From NCBI GenBank assembly GCA_038998335.1, contig JAVZHQ010000001.1:672609-736608 (forward strand): DNA of 64,000 nt, in the 5' to 3' direction. Below are positions 56,208-64,000 of the stretch, in pieces (the stretch's first letter is position 1; the number at the start of each line of letters is the position of its first letter). Under the pieces are notes generated by a model. It was given only the letters and a program-made list of their open reading frames with translations. It was not told where the DNA came from and did no database searches. A program made the position numbers and the translations under genes. The stretch comes from Candidatus Aenigmatarchaeota archaeon (GTDB taxonomy: Archaea; Aenigmatarchaeota; Aenigmatarchaeia; CG10238-14; SCSR01).

Positions 56208-57698
56208 TAAAAAGCTTGCAAGTTTAAAGAAAAGGTTTTTGAAAAAAGGCGATCTTCTTCCTAAATAGTTTAGAATTCTAACTTCTTCTTTTTGGTAGAA
56301 TTTAAGAGGAATAAGTAAAAGGAAGTAAAGTAAGCCTGAAAAAACAAGAACCGAAAGCTTTAGGTAAACTCTCAGGAAAAATATTTCTGAAGATAGGAGC
56401 AAAAGTGCAAACGCAGAAGAAGCTAAGATAATCTTCATAAAAGGTTTTGCTAATTGTTTTACTCTAAGCAGTTTTTTAACGAAAGCATAGGTTACAAACA
56501 AATAGAAAAGCATAGAAAGAAAGTAAGCTAAAGCTAGGCCCCAAGAAGAGAAAAGGTATGTTAAAGGTATAGCTAATGAAAGGAACAAAGAAGTAAAAAT
56601 AAGTGAAACATTTCTTGCAAGTTCTGTTTTTTTAATTCCATACAAACAAGTCAGGAAAAAGTTTCCAACACCAAAGAGTATAGAAGCCAAAGTAAGAATT
56701 GGTAAGAATTCAGAAGATTGAAGATAACTTTTACCAGCAAAAAATAGCACAAGCTCTTTTGAAAATATGGAAAAAACAAGAACAGAAGGAATGGAAAACA
56801 AAAGAATGTAGCGAGTAACTATGCTTGTTAAGTAAGATTGCTTTTGCTCTTTTCCTTTAACAACAGAAAGCTGGGAAATTATTGGGAAAAAAGAGGCAGA
56901 AAAAATGTTTGGGATTAGAGTTATGACAAAAGAAGCTGTTAAGGCTGTACCAAAAATTCCTGTTGCCTCTGGATTCTGAACAAAAGTTAAGATTACATAC
57001 TGAGAGTTGTTTATGAACAAAGAGAAAATTCCCATAAAAAATGCTGGTAAAGCATAATTTTTAAGTATAAATTTTTTGTCTATGGAATTGGAAGAAAAAA
57101 ACCATTTCTTTTCAAACCTTATAAAAAATCCTATTACATAGCTTAAGGCAAAGGGAATTAAAGCTCCTAGATAGCCAAAACCTAGGAAAAGAAGTAGAAA
57201 AGTGAGTAAAAATTTTAGGAAGTAGCTTACAGCATCTGAAACAAAATATTTTTTCATGTTTTGTAAACCGTAAAGAAGAGAGCCAGAAATTCCGTAGATT
57301 ATTATTAGAAAGATAGAGATTAAAGCTAAAGCAAAAGAATCAAAAGGAAGCTTGAAAATTGAAGGAAAAGATAAATAGAAAAATGATATTGCTGCTAAGA
57401 AAAAGAGAAAAAGAATAGACGAAACAATAAGAGAAAATTTAAGCAATGTGCTAATTTTATCAAATTGTTTCTTTTGATAATATTCCGAAATAAGCTTTAC
57501 GTTTGCTGTTCCAAAACCCAGAAAACAAATGTTTGAAGCTAGTAGAGAAAAGTTGGTAGCTGTCGCTGCTATTCCATATTCTCCTGGAGGTAAAAACCTC
57601 CACATTGTTAGGACATAAAAAAGGCTGAACAAGTTTATTGAAAACAACTGTAAGAAAAGGTAAAAAGCGTTTGAAAAAAGTTTTTTTTCTTCTTTCAT
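56178..57698 (-). CDS. Polysaccharide biosynthesis flippase (MOP/Wzx-like, AglR-type)
   Basis: 506 aa, ~14 TM helices, in glycan cluster. Confidence 0.6.
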   Translation of the reverse strand: MKEEKKLFSNAFYLFLQLFSINLFSLFYVLTMWRFLPPGEYGIAATATNFSLLASNICFLGFGTANVKLISEYYQKKQFDKISTLLKFSLIVSSILFLFFLAAISFFYLSFPSIFKLPFDSFALALISIFLIIIYGISGSLLYGLQNMKKYFVSDAVSYFLKFLLTFLLLFLGFGYLGALIPFALSYVIGFFIRFEKKWFFSSNSIDKKFILKNYALPAFFMGIFSLFINNSQYVILTFVQNPEATGIFGTALTASFVITLIPNIFSASFFPIISQLSVVKGKEQKQSYLTSIVTRYILLFSIPSVLVFSIFSKELVLFFAGKSYLQSSEFLPILTLASILFGVGNFFLTCLYGIKKTELARNVSLIFTSLFLSLAIPLTYLFSSWGLALAYFLSMLFYLFVTYAFVKKLLRVKQLAKPFMKIILASSAFALLLLSSEIFFLRVYLKLSVLVFSGLLYFLLLIPLKFYQKEEVRILNYLGRRSPFFKNLFFKLASFLSKRLEENKG

Positions 57699-57854
57699 CC
57701 TTATTCACTATAAATCTTAAACCTTTCTTTTGTCGTTTTTTAAGTAGATGCTTCTAACTCTTGATTCCTCCTTTTTGGATAATTTTCTTACGTAAGATTT
57801 TTCATAAATTATTATTTATGATTTAAAATAGTTTTTAACATTCACTAATCATCC

Positions 57855-59174
57855 TTAAACCCATTCTAAGAGCCACTTCCAGAGAGGTAAACAAGCAATT
57901 GTTTTATTGTTAGTTTTAATTTCATCTTCATAGTCCCATGTTATTAACAATAAATTTTTGCATTTTAACTCATTACTCGCTCTTATTAAAGCATCAATCT
58001 CTCTTTTTTCAATTTCTCTTTTGTTAGAAGCATACGTTACTTGAATTAGTTTCTTAACATTCATGTTTTCTTTAACAACAAAATCTACTTCTCTTCCAGT
58101 ATAATCTTTCCAGTAGAATATTTCGATTAGTGGGTTTTCAACATGTTTTCTTAGCAGTTCAAGGAAGACAACATTTTCAATCAACCTTCCAATGTTTTCT
58201 GAAAACCTTAATCCCATAACGTTCGAAATCCCTGTATCTATGCAGTAAACCTTCCTAGGGGCCTTTTCTTGCATTTTAATAGATTTAGAAAACACTTTGA
58301 TGAAAAATATTAAAAAACTCGATTCAAGGTAGTAAGAAAACCTCTCTATCGTGCGCAAGGGCATACCTAAGAAGTTTTTAATTTTACCGAATGTTATGAG
58401 ATTAGAAATGTTTGTCACGTAGAATTTTGCAAGAGTTCTTAATTTTTCAACTTCCTTTATTTTAAATTTATTAACAATATCCCTTGTAAGTATATCCTCA
58501 TAATAATTCTGCAATATTTTGACTTTTTCTGTTTTCAAAACCACTTCAGGGAAACCTCCAAACTCTAAATACTCTCTAAGCAATTTCTTTATTTCAATTC
58601 TTTTAGCTAGAAGTTCAAGCCTATCCTTTATCTCCAAACCTTTGAAGTTCAAGAAAGACTTAAAATCGAGTGGAAAAACAAACAAAGAAAGATGCCTACC
58701 TGTTAAAAGAGTTGATAGCTCTTTCGTGGAAAGCTGAGAAGTTGAGCCTGAAACTACAAGAAATGCTTCTTTTTTTTCATGTAAACTCCTTACGAATTTT
58801 TCCCATTCCTTAACCTTATGAACTTCATCTAAAAATATGTACGGCTTTTCTTTTGTCTTTTTGATTCTTTCTAAATAAACTTCAAGTATTTGTTGCAAGA
58901 GTTGAAGCGAAAATTCTGTGAACCTCAAGTCCTCAAAATTAACTATTAAAGTATCTCTTGAGTCAATATTTTTTTCTCGAATTAAATAATCTACAAACTG
59001 TTTAAGGATTGTTGATTTTCCGCTTCTTCTTACGCCTATTACATCGACTATAAATCCTGTACTAACAAGTTTTTCCAGTCTTTTTAAATATTCAACACGC
59101 CTAATTCCAACATCTTGTTCCTTAACCCAAAAGTTCCAATCTAAAAGTATTGTCTCTATTTCTTCTTTTTTCAT
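57855..59174 (-). CDS. AAA-superfamily ATPase (DUF4143-type ATP-binding protein)
   Basis: Walker A GVRRSGKST, Walker B FLDEVH; architecture of common archaeal ATPase family. Confidence 0.65.
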   Translation of the reverse strand: MKKEEIETILLDWNFWVKEQDVGIRRVEYLKRLEKLVSTGFIVDVIGVRRSGKSTILKQFVDYLIREKNIDSRDTLIVNFEDLRFTEFSLQLLQQILEVYLERIKKTKEKPYIFLDEVHKVKEWEKFVRSLHEKKEAFLVVSGSTSQLSTKELSTLLTGRHLSLFVFPLDFKSFLNFKGLEIKDRLELLAKRIEIKKLLREYLEFGGFPEVVLKTEKVKILQNYYEDILTRDIVNKFKIKEVEKLRTLAKFYVTNISNLITFGKIKNFLGMPLRTIERFSYYLESSFLIFFIKVFSKSIKMQEKAPRKVYCIDTGISNVMGLRFSENIGRLIENVVFLELLRKHVENPLIEIFYWKDYTGREVDFVVKENMNVKKLIQVTYASNKREIEKREIDALIRASNELKCKNLLLITWDYEDEIKTNNKTIACLPLWKWLLEWV

Positions 59175-59203
59175 ACTTTTAAGTTAATGAGTTAATATAT
59201 TTA

Positions 59204-59231
59204 AATTTTAGCTCACAAGTGAGCTAAAATT
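59204..59231. promoter_or_regulatory. Perfect palindrome AATTTTAGCTCAC-AA-GTGAGCTAAAATT next to a TATA-like element upstream of the ATPase gene; candidate operator
   Basis: 13-bp arms, 2-nt spacer; centre ~43 nt upstream of ATG 59174; ATATAT at 59195..59200. Confidence 0.4.
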
Positions 59232-59364
59232 AATTTATAAGTACAACGTTCGTAAGTTTTGTTCTCTAACAAATGTAAACTCTAGGAAGATAAAATTTCC
59301 ATACAAATTTTTTAGTTACGTTTCTTTTTTTCTTTTTAAAAGATTGAAAAAAGTTTGTCTCTTC

Positions 59365-60474
59365 TTATTCACTATAACTCTTAAAAGTTTCTCTTATCAT
59401 TTTTTCTAAAGTAAAGTATTTTAAAACTCTTTTTCTTGCGTTTATTCCCATTCTTTTTCTTAATTCTTCGTTCTCTAAAAGGAAGAGAATTGCTTTCGCT
59501 AAAGCTTGAGGGTTTTTTGGCTCAACAACTAAGCCTGTTTTCATATGTTGATTAACCCAAGGTACTCCTGAACCTTTTAGGTTAGTTGAAATTACTGGCT
59601 TACCACAAGCCATCGCTTCAAGTTGAGAAATACCGAAAGCTTCTGACTTGTGAATAGAAGGGAGAATAAAAATATCGCACAAATTATAGTATTTAACTGC
59701 TTTTTTATCTGAAACTTTTCCGGTAAACTCAACAAAATTATTTATTCCTAAATTTTTTGCAAGCTTTTCTAGTTTTTTTCTTAGCTTACCTTCACCAACT
59801 ATTAAAAGTATAAAGTCTTTTCTTTTTTCAGAAATGATTTTTATCGCTTCCAAAAGATATTCCAAACCTTTGTAGGGAAAAAGCCTTCCCAAAAAAAGTA
59901 AAACATTCTTTTTTGGTTTTTTGACCTTAATTGGTTTAAATTTTCTCGTGTCAACACCTAAAGGAATTATTTTAACTTTTCTCTTAAACTTTTTAAGAAC
60001 AAGAGAACCTTCAACATAGTTTTGACTTGTAGCAATTATTTTTCTTGAAACTTTAAGTAAAGGAAAAAGGTAGATTCTTCGGAAAATTTCTCCCAAGAAA
60101 TGAAAGAAAGTGTAGTAGATTATATCTGAATGATACGTTACAACAATTTTTGCCTTCCTATAGACTAAAGAATAAAGAAATAAGTTGAATTCGAACCATG
60201 GATTTGGAATGTGCAAGTGAATTATGTCTGGGTTAATTTTTTTAATTAGACAAACAAAAGGTGGAGTAAAAGGTAAATGAAGATAGTAAAAAATTCTTGG
60301 CAAGCGAAAAACTTTTATTCCCTTAATTTTTTCATATTTGAATTTTTTGGAAGTATTTGAAACTACTACATAAACTTCATGTTTTTTACTTGCTTCTTTT
60401 GCTAAAATGTAAGTATAGTTTTCTATTCCCCCCTTTTCTGGATAAAAGTATTTACCCAAGTGTAAAATTTTCAT
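59365..60474 (-). CDS. GT4-family glycosyltransferase
   Basis: SEAFGISQLEAMACGKPVIST. Confidence 0.75.
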   Translation of the reverse strand: MKILHLGKYFYPEKGGIENYTYILAKEASKKHEVYVVVSNTSKKFKYEKIKGIKVFRLPRIFYYLHLPFTPPFVCLIKKINPDIIHLHIPNPWFEFNLFLYSLVYRKAKIVVTYHSDIIYYTFFHFLGEIFRRIYLFPLLKVSRKIIATSQNYVEGSLVLKKFKRKVKIIPLGVDTRKFKPIKVKKPKKNVLLFLGRLFPYKGLEYLLEAIKIISEKRKDFILLIVGEGKLRKKLEKLAKNLGINNFVEFTGKVSDKKAVKYYNLCDIFILPSIHKSEAFGISQLEAMACGKPVISTNLKGSGVPWVNQHMKTGLVVEPKNPQALAKAILFLLENEELRKRMGINARKRVLKYFTLEKMIRETFKSYSE

Positions 60475-60761
60475 ATTTGATTATTTTGTACAAATAAATA
60501 AAATGTTCATATACACAAACCAGAATCTCCCTATCTTGTATTCTTTAATTTTAAGGTCTACTTTCGTTAAAAGCTCACACATGCATTTGGGAGAGTAAAA
60601 CCTTATATGAAGAGTCTTAAAACAAAAAATCTAAAATAGGTTTATCTTTGAAATAACTTAAGGTAGAGGAAATAGGAATTGGTAGTAGTGGGTTAAAGAT
60701 TATTAAACTAATGTTTAACTCGTTTGAATTAATTTAACTTTATTTAAAATAAAATTTTATT

Positions 60762-61925
60762 ATGAAAATCTTAATGATTACTGAAAGTTTCCCACCAGAA
60801 ATGAGTGGTAGTGCTATTTATGCTTATGAAATGGCAAAAAGATTTGGAAAATTAGGTATTGAAACAACCATTATAACCAGGAAATTTGGTTCCAACTATA
60901 AAGATGAGAAGATAAAAAATGTAAAAGTAATAAGGATAAATGTTCCTTCGTATGAAGCAGCAGGTAAGAAAATAAATCTTAATAGATTTAGATTCATATT
61001 AGCTCTAATTAAAACAATTCTAGCTATTCATAAAAATTATGATATTATTCATTTACACTCTGGTCTAGCTTCTGAATGTGCTGCCTGGGCGCTCAAAAAA
61101 GTTTTTAGAGTAAAGACACCGATAGTAATGACTCTTCATGCTACTTTTGCTGGCTATTGGAAATTACTTTATCCTTTTCCTATCTACATTCTTTTTGATA
61201 GTATAAGCAAAGAATTGATAGCTGGTAGTAATTGTGATAGGTATTTTGTAGTGGACGATGGAATGGGTGGGGATGTATTTCTCAGAAAGAATGGCGTGTC
61301 GTCTAAAAAAATAAAAAAACATTTTCATGCTGTCGACACAAATATTTTCCGACCTATGAATATAAAGAAAAGTAAGAACACTATTGCCTACATAGGAAGA
61401 TTAGACCCTTTTAAAGGAGTAGATTTGGTTATAGAAGCTATGAAATTCCTACCAGAGCCAATAAAACTAGAAATATACGGAAATGGTCCTCTTAAAGAAA
61501 AACTTATTGACTTAACGAAAAAATTAAATCTTTCCAAAAGAGTAAAATTTCATAACTCAATACCACATAAAAAAATTCCTTACTACTTAAATAGATTTGA
61601 AATTTTAGTTCTTACTGACATAAGAGGAGAAAAAAATAGGAACGGATTAGGTTTGATTATGTGTGAAGCCATGGCATGTAAAGCTCTTTATTTGACTTCT
61701 TTTTTCCCCAGAAAAGAATGGAAATGTAAAACATGGATAAGTGTTTGTAAAAATGACCCAAAACAAATAGCAAATAAAATCTTAGAGTATTTCAAGAATA
61801 AGAAAAAATACGAAAGAATAAGAAAGAATGCAAGAAAAATAGCATTAAAATATTTCAGTTGGAATAAAATTATTAATCTTTATTTAAATGAATTTAGAGA
61901 ACTTAAAATTATAACATCATTATAA
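60762..61925 (+). CDS. GT4-family glycosyltransferase
   Basis: GT-B fold pattern, GLGLIMCEAMACKA. Confidence 0.7.
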   Translation: MKILMITESFPPEMSGSAIYAYEMAKRFGKLGIETTIITRKFGSNYKDEKIKNVKVIRINVPSYEAAGKKINLNRFRFILALIKTILAIHKNYDIIHLHSGLASECAAWALKKVFRVKTPIVMTLHATFAGYWKLLYPFPIYILFDSISKELIAGSNCDRYFVVDDGMGGDVFLRKNGVSSKKIKKHFHAVDTNIFRPMNIKKSKNTIAYIGRLDPFKGVDLVIEAMKFLPEPIKLEIYGNGPLKEKLIDLTKKLNLSKRVKFHNSIPHKKIPYYLNRFEILVLTDIRGEKNRNGLGLIMCEAMACKALYLTSFFPRKEWKCKTWISVCKNDPKQIANKILEYFKNKKKYERIRKNARKIALKYFSWNKIINLYLNEFRELKIITSL

Positions 61926-61945
61926 AAGTAATATGAAAAAAATTT

Positions 61946-62674
61946 TTATTGTTTTTTAATTGGTAAAGTACATCTAACCCATATCTCAGCACAATACTCA
62001 GGGGGTAATTGCTTACCTAATTCATAAAATGCATCTATAATTTTTGAGTTAAACATTTCCATTTGTTTATTAGAAAGTGGTTTAAAAAATATTCCGCCAA
62101 AGCTTTCTATTTTTAAACCGCTTTTAATTATATCTTTTCGAAGCATTTTTAAATCATAGTATCTTTTATGATTAACTGCAATATCTTGTTCGGTTAATTC
62201 GTGGAGATCTGAAATAACTCCCATAATCTTTCCAATCCGACGATGTATAGACTCTGCGTTTGGTACCACTATAACTATATAACCATCTTCATTAATAAAT
62301 TTCTTATATTTTTTAAGAATTGAAATTGGATCTTCTACATGTTCTAATATTCCTGACATTAGTATAGTATCGAAAAGATAAGTAGGATTAAAATCTTCAA
62401 AAAGAGAGATGAAAAATTTCACTTTATTTTTAAACAATGACACTCGTTTTTGGGCTCGCTCAACACGAATTTTAGAACCATCAACAGCCACTACCTCATT
62501 AAAATTTTTTAACAATTCCAACGTGATTAAACCGTCACCACATCCTAGCTCTAGAATTTTAGGACCTTTACATAGTTCAACAATAGTCCTAGCTCTATAT
62601 TTTATTAACATCTTGTTGAATCCCTCGTCATGTCTAACTTTTTTTGCGATTTCGTCTAATCGTTCTTTTAACAT
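61946..62674 (-). CDS. Class I SAM-dependent methyltransferase
   Basis: ILELGCGDGLITLEL, VIVVPN. Confidence 0.65.
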   Translation of the reverse strand: MLKERLDEIAKKVRHDEGFNKMLIKYRARTIVELCKGPKILELGCGDGLITLELLKNFNEVVAVDGSKIRVERAQKRVSLFKNKVKFFISLFEDFNPTYLFDTILMSGILEHVEDPISILKKYKKFINEDGYIVIVVPNAESIHRRIGKIMGVISDLHELTEQDIAVNHKRYYDLKMLRKDIIKSGLKIESFGGIFFKPLSNKQMEMFNSKIIDAFYELGKQLPPEYCAEIWVRCTLPIKKQ

Positions 62675-62764
62675 TTAAAATCTTCCTATAAATTTTTTTG
62701 GAATAATTATTTAAAATTTTATTAAAAGCATATCTTTATTTTTCAATTCACAAATAAGTAAAAT

Positions 62765-63760
62765 ATGAAAAAAGTAAGAGTTGCTGTTATTGGCGTTGGA
62801 AATATGGGAAAACATCATACCAGAATATATTCTAAATTGCCTAATGTGAAATTGGTAGCTGTTTCTGACATCAATAAAAATATTGGAGAAATGGTAGCAA
62901 AAAAATATGGTTGTAAATTTTATCGCGATTATAAAGAAATGTTAAAAAAAGAAGAAATAGACGCTGTATCAATTGCAACACCGACAACACTCCATAAGGA
63001 TATTGCTCTTGATGCCATAAACACTGACAAACATGTTTTAATCGAAAAACCTATCGCAGATACGGTAGAAAATGCAAAAAAAATTATTAAAGCAGCAAAG
63101 GAAAAAAATGTAAAATTGATGGTAGGACATATAGAAAGATTTAACCCAGCTGTCAGAAAGTTGAAGGAAATATTAAATAAAGGAAAATTGGGAGACATAA
63201 AAACAATTATTATAAGAAGAGTTGGTTTATTCCCACCCCAAATTAAAGACACTAATGTTATCATAGATCTTGCAGTACATGATATTGATATTTGCAATTA
63301 TTTACTTGGTAGAGAGCCAGTTGTACTCTATGCAACAGCTGGAAAAGCATTAACAAACAGACAGGAAGATTATGCAGATATTTTTTTAAGATATGGTACA
63401 ATAAATGTTTTTATTCAAGTAAATTGGATCACTCCGGTTAAAATTAGAAATCTATCAATAACTGGAACCAAGGGTTATGCTGAATTAAACTACATAACTC
63501 AAGACTTAAAAATTTATGAAAGCATTTTCGAAAAATCGAGAGACGAAACATTCGAAGAAATTGTTAAATTTGGACAACCCAAAGAAATTCATATTAGTGT
63601 AAATAAAAAAGAACCTTTAAAAGAAGAACTTAAATCCTTTATTTCTTATATAAATGGTGGTGTATGCGAAGCATCTGGTGAGGAGGCGTTAAAGGCTCTT
63701 GAAGTAGCCACTGAAATTATCAATTTCTATAGAAAACAAAAATTATTTCTTAAAAAATAA
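62765..63760 (+). CDS. Gfo/Idh/MocA-family NAD(P)-dependent sugar oxidoreductase (WbpB/UDP-GlcNAc 3-dehydrogenase-like)
   Basis: VAVIGVGNMGKHH Rossmann N-terminus, EKP motif (LIEKPIA), GHIERFNPAV. Confidence 0.8.
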   Translation: MKKVRVAVIGVGNMGKHHTRIYSKLPNVKLVAVSDINKNIGEMVAKKYGCKFYRDYKEMLKKEEIDAVSIATPTTLHKDIALDAINTDKHVLIEKPIADTVENAKKIIKAAKEKNVKLMVGHIERFNPAVRKLKEILNKGKLGDIKTIIIRRVGLFPPQIKDTNVIIDLAVHDIDICNYLLGREPVVLYATAGKALTNRQEDYADIFLRYGTINVFIQVNWITPVKIRNLSITGTKGYAELNYITQDLKIYESIFEKSRDETFEEIVKFGQPKEIHISVNKKEPLKEELKSFISYINGGVCEASGEEALKALEVATEIINFYRKQKLFLKK

Positions 63761-64000
63761 TTTTTATTAATTGTGAGATAGTATCAATAACCTTATCAGC
63801 TCCAAATTTTTTAGAATGCTCTTCATCAATATTTTTGGATAAAATTCCAACTGATTTAATGCCACAATTCTTTGCTGCCATAATGTCATATGGATGATCG
63901 CCAACAACAAGCGCTTGAGACGGTTTTACATTCAAGTACTCAAGAATTTTATGCAAACCTTCAGGGTGTGGTTTTTGACTTTTTACATCGTCCCTCGTAA
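63750..64000 (-). CDS. HAD-superfamily hydrolase, C-terminal part only (gene continues past window end)
   Basis: VVGDHPYDIMAAKNCG (HAD motifs III/IV); N-terminal DxD motif would lie beyond 64000. Confidence 0.5.
   Translation of the reverse strand, partial: TRDDVKSQKPHPEGLHKILEYLNVKPSQALVVGDHPYDIMAAKNCGIKSVGILSKNIDEEHSKKFGADKVIDTISQLIKIIF

Noticed and set aside
2395-63297. About 45 short ORFs in the track on the strand opposite to long, well-supported genes (e.g. 2395..2616, 4909..5139, 6805..6987, 7568..7939, 8322..8534, 10196..10598, 11934..12152, 13308..13493, 14748..15035, 16920..17365, 19152..20282, 21309..21566, 22388..22597, 24489..25169, 26315..26969, 27372..27635, 28463..29593, 31427..31609, 32907..33092, 33684..34007, 35605..35892, 37282..37485, 38088..38315, 41670..42918, 45559..45813, 48242..48705, 52418..52702, 55439..55903, 57460..57708, 58519..58737, 62409..63297)
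   Set aside because: Shadow ORFs in an AT-rich genome. They are fully contained in or antisense to genes with clear family motifs, are low-complexity (F/L/K/I-rich), and have no start/RBS context
1-64000. CRISPR arrays, rRNA genes, IS elements with terminal inverted repeats
   Set aside because: No regularly spaced direct repeats and no GC-rich structured rRNA-like islands; the only GC-rich island is the tRNA-Leu. The only mobile signatures are the three RadA inteins and the free-standing LAGLIDADG gene

Overview
This is a 64 kb, very AT-rich (~30% GC) chromosomal window from an archaeon. The gene content suggests a small-genome, possibly DPANN-like lineage: an archaeal histone, Alba, RadA, RPA, Bud32, diphthine synthase, an AglB oligosaccharyltransferase, ribosomal proteins S3Ae and S15, and a class II tRNA-Leu. 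Genes are tightly packed, almost all ORFs are short or overlap, and ATGA stop/start overlaps are frequent.

The window falls into five blocks.

1. Left edge (1..11109). A partial second type IV filament module sits here (a TadC/FlaJ-like paralog plus pilin-like genes, with no ATPase of its own). It is followed by Alba, a free-standing LAGLIDADG homing-endonuclease gene, a ~1630-aa cysteine-rich surface protein with a C-terminal membrane anchor, and two further membrane-anchored extracellular proteins.

2. Type IV filament (archaeal Tad-like pilus) operon (11111..21723, all minus strand). It encodes a FlaI/VirB11-type ATPase, a TadC/FlaJ-type platform protein and at least 15 proteins with class III (prepilin-like) N-termini. 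These include a tandem array of mini-pilins, two of which are below the ORF-track cutoff, a 733-aa pilin-like protein, and three Cys-rich proteins carrying EF-hand-like Ca-binding loops.

3. Hypothetical-protein cluster (21776..28840). It contains coiled-coil proteins and six paralogs of an uncharacterised membrane-protein family.

4. Housekeeping block (28877..43905). Genes are dphB, a PPP phosphatase, Trm5, an NDP-sugar pyrophosphorylase, tRNA-Leu(CAG), Lrp/AsnC, a site-2 protease, rpS3Ae, a RecJ-like DHH phosphoesterase, rpS15, Bud32, RadA interrupted by three full-size LAGLIDADG inteins, and RPA.

5. N-glycosylation/surface-glycan island (43983..64000). It holds a B12-binding radical-SAM gene, six glycosyltransferases, AglB, a flippase, three methyltransferases, an epimerase, an oxidoreductase and an embedded histone gene. 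It also contains an 83-bp duplicated gene fragment and a 13-bp-arm palindrome.

No rRNA and no CRISPR array were found. All functional calls are made by eye from motifs. The ORF track uses longest-ORF starts, so several genes begin at TTG or GTG; where an ATG start was clearly preferable I adjusted the coordinates.
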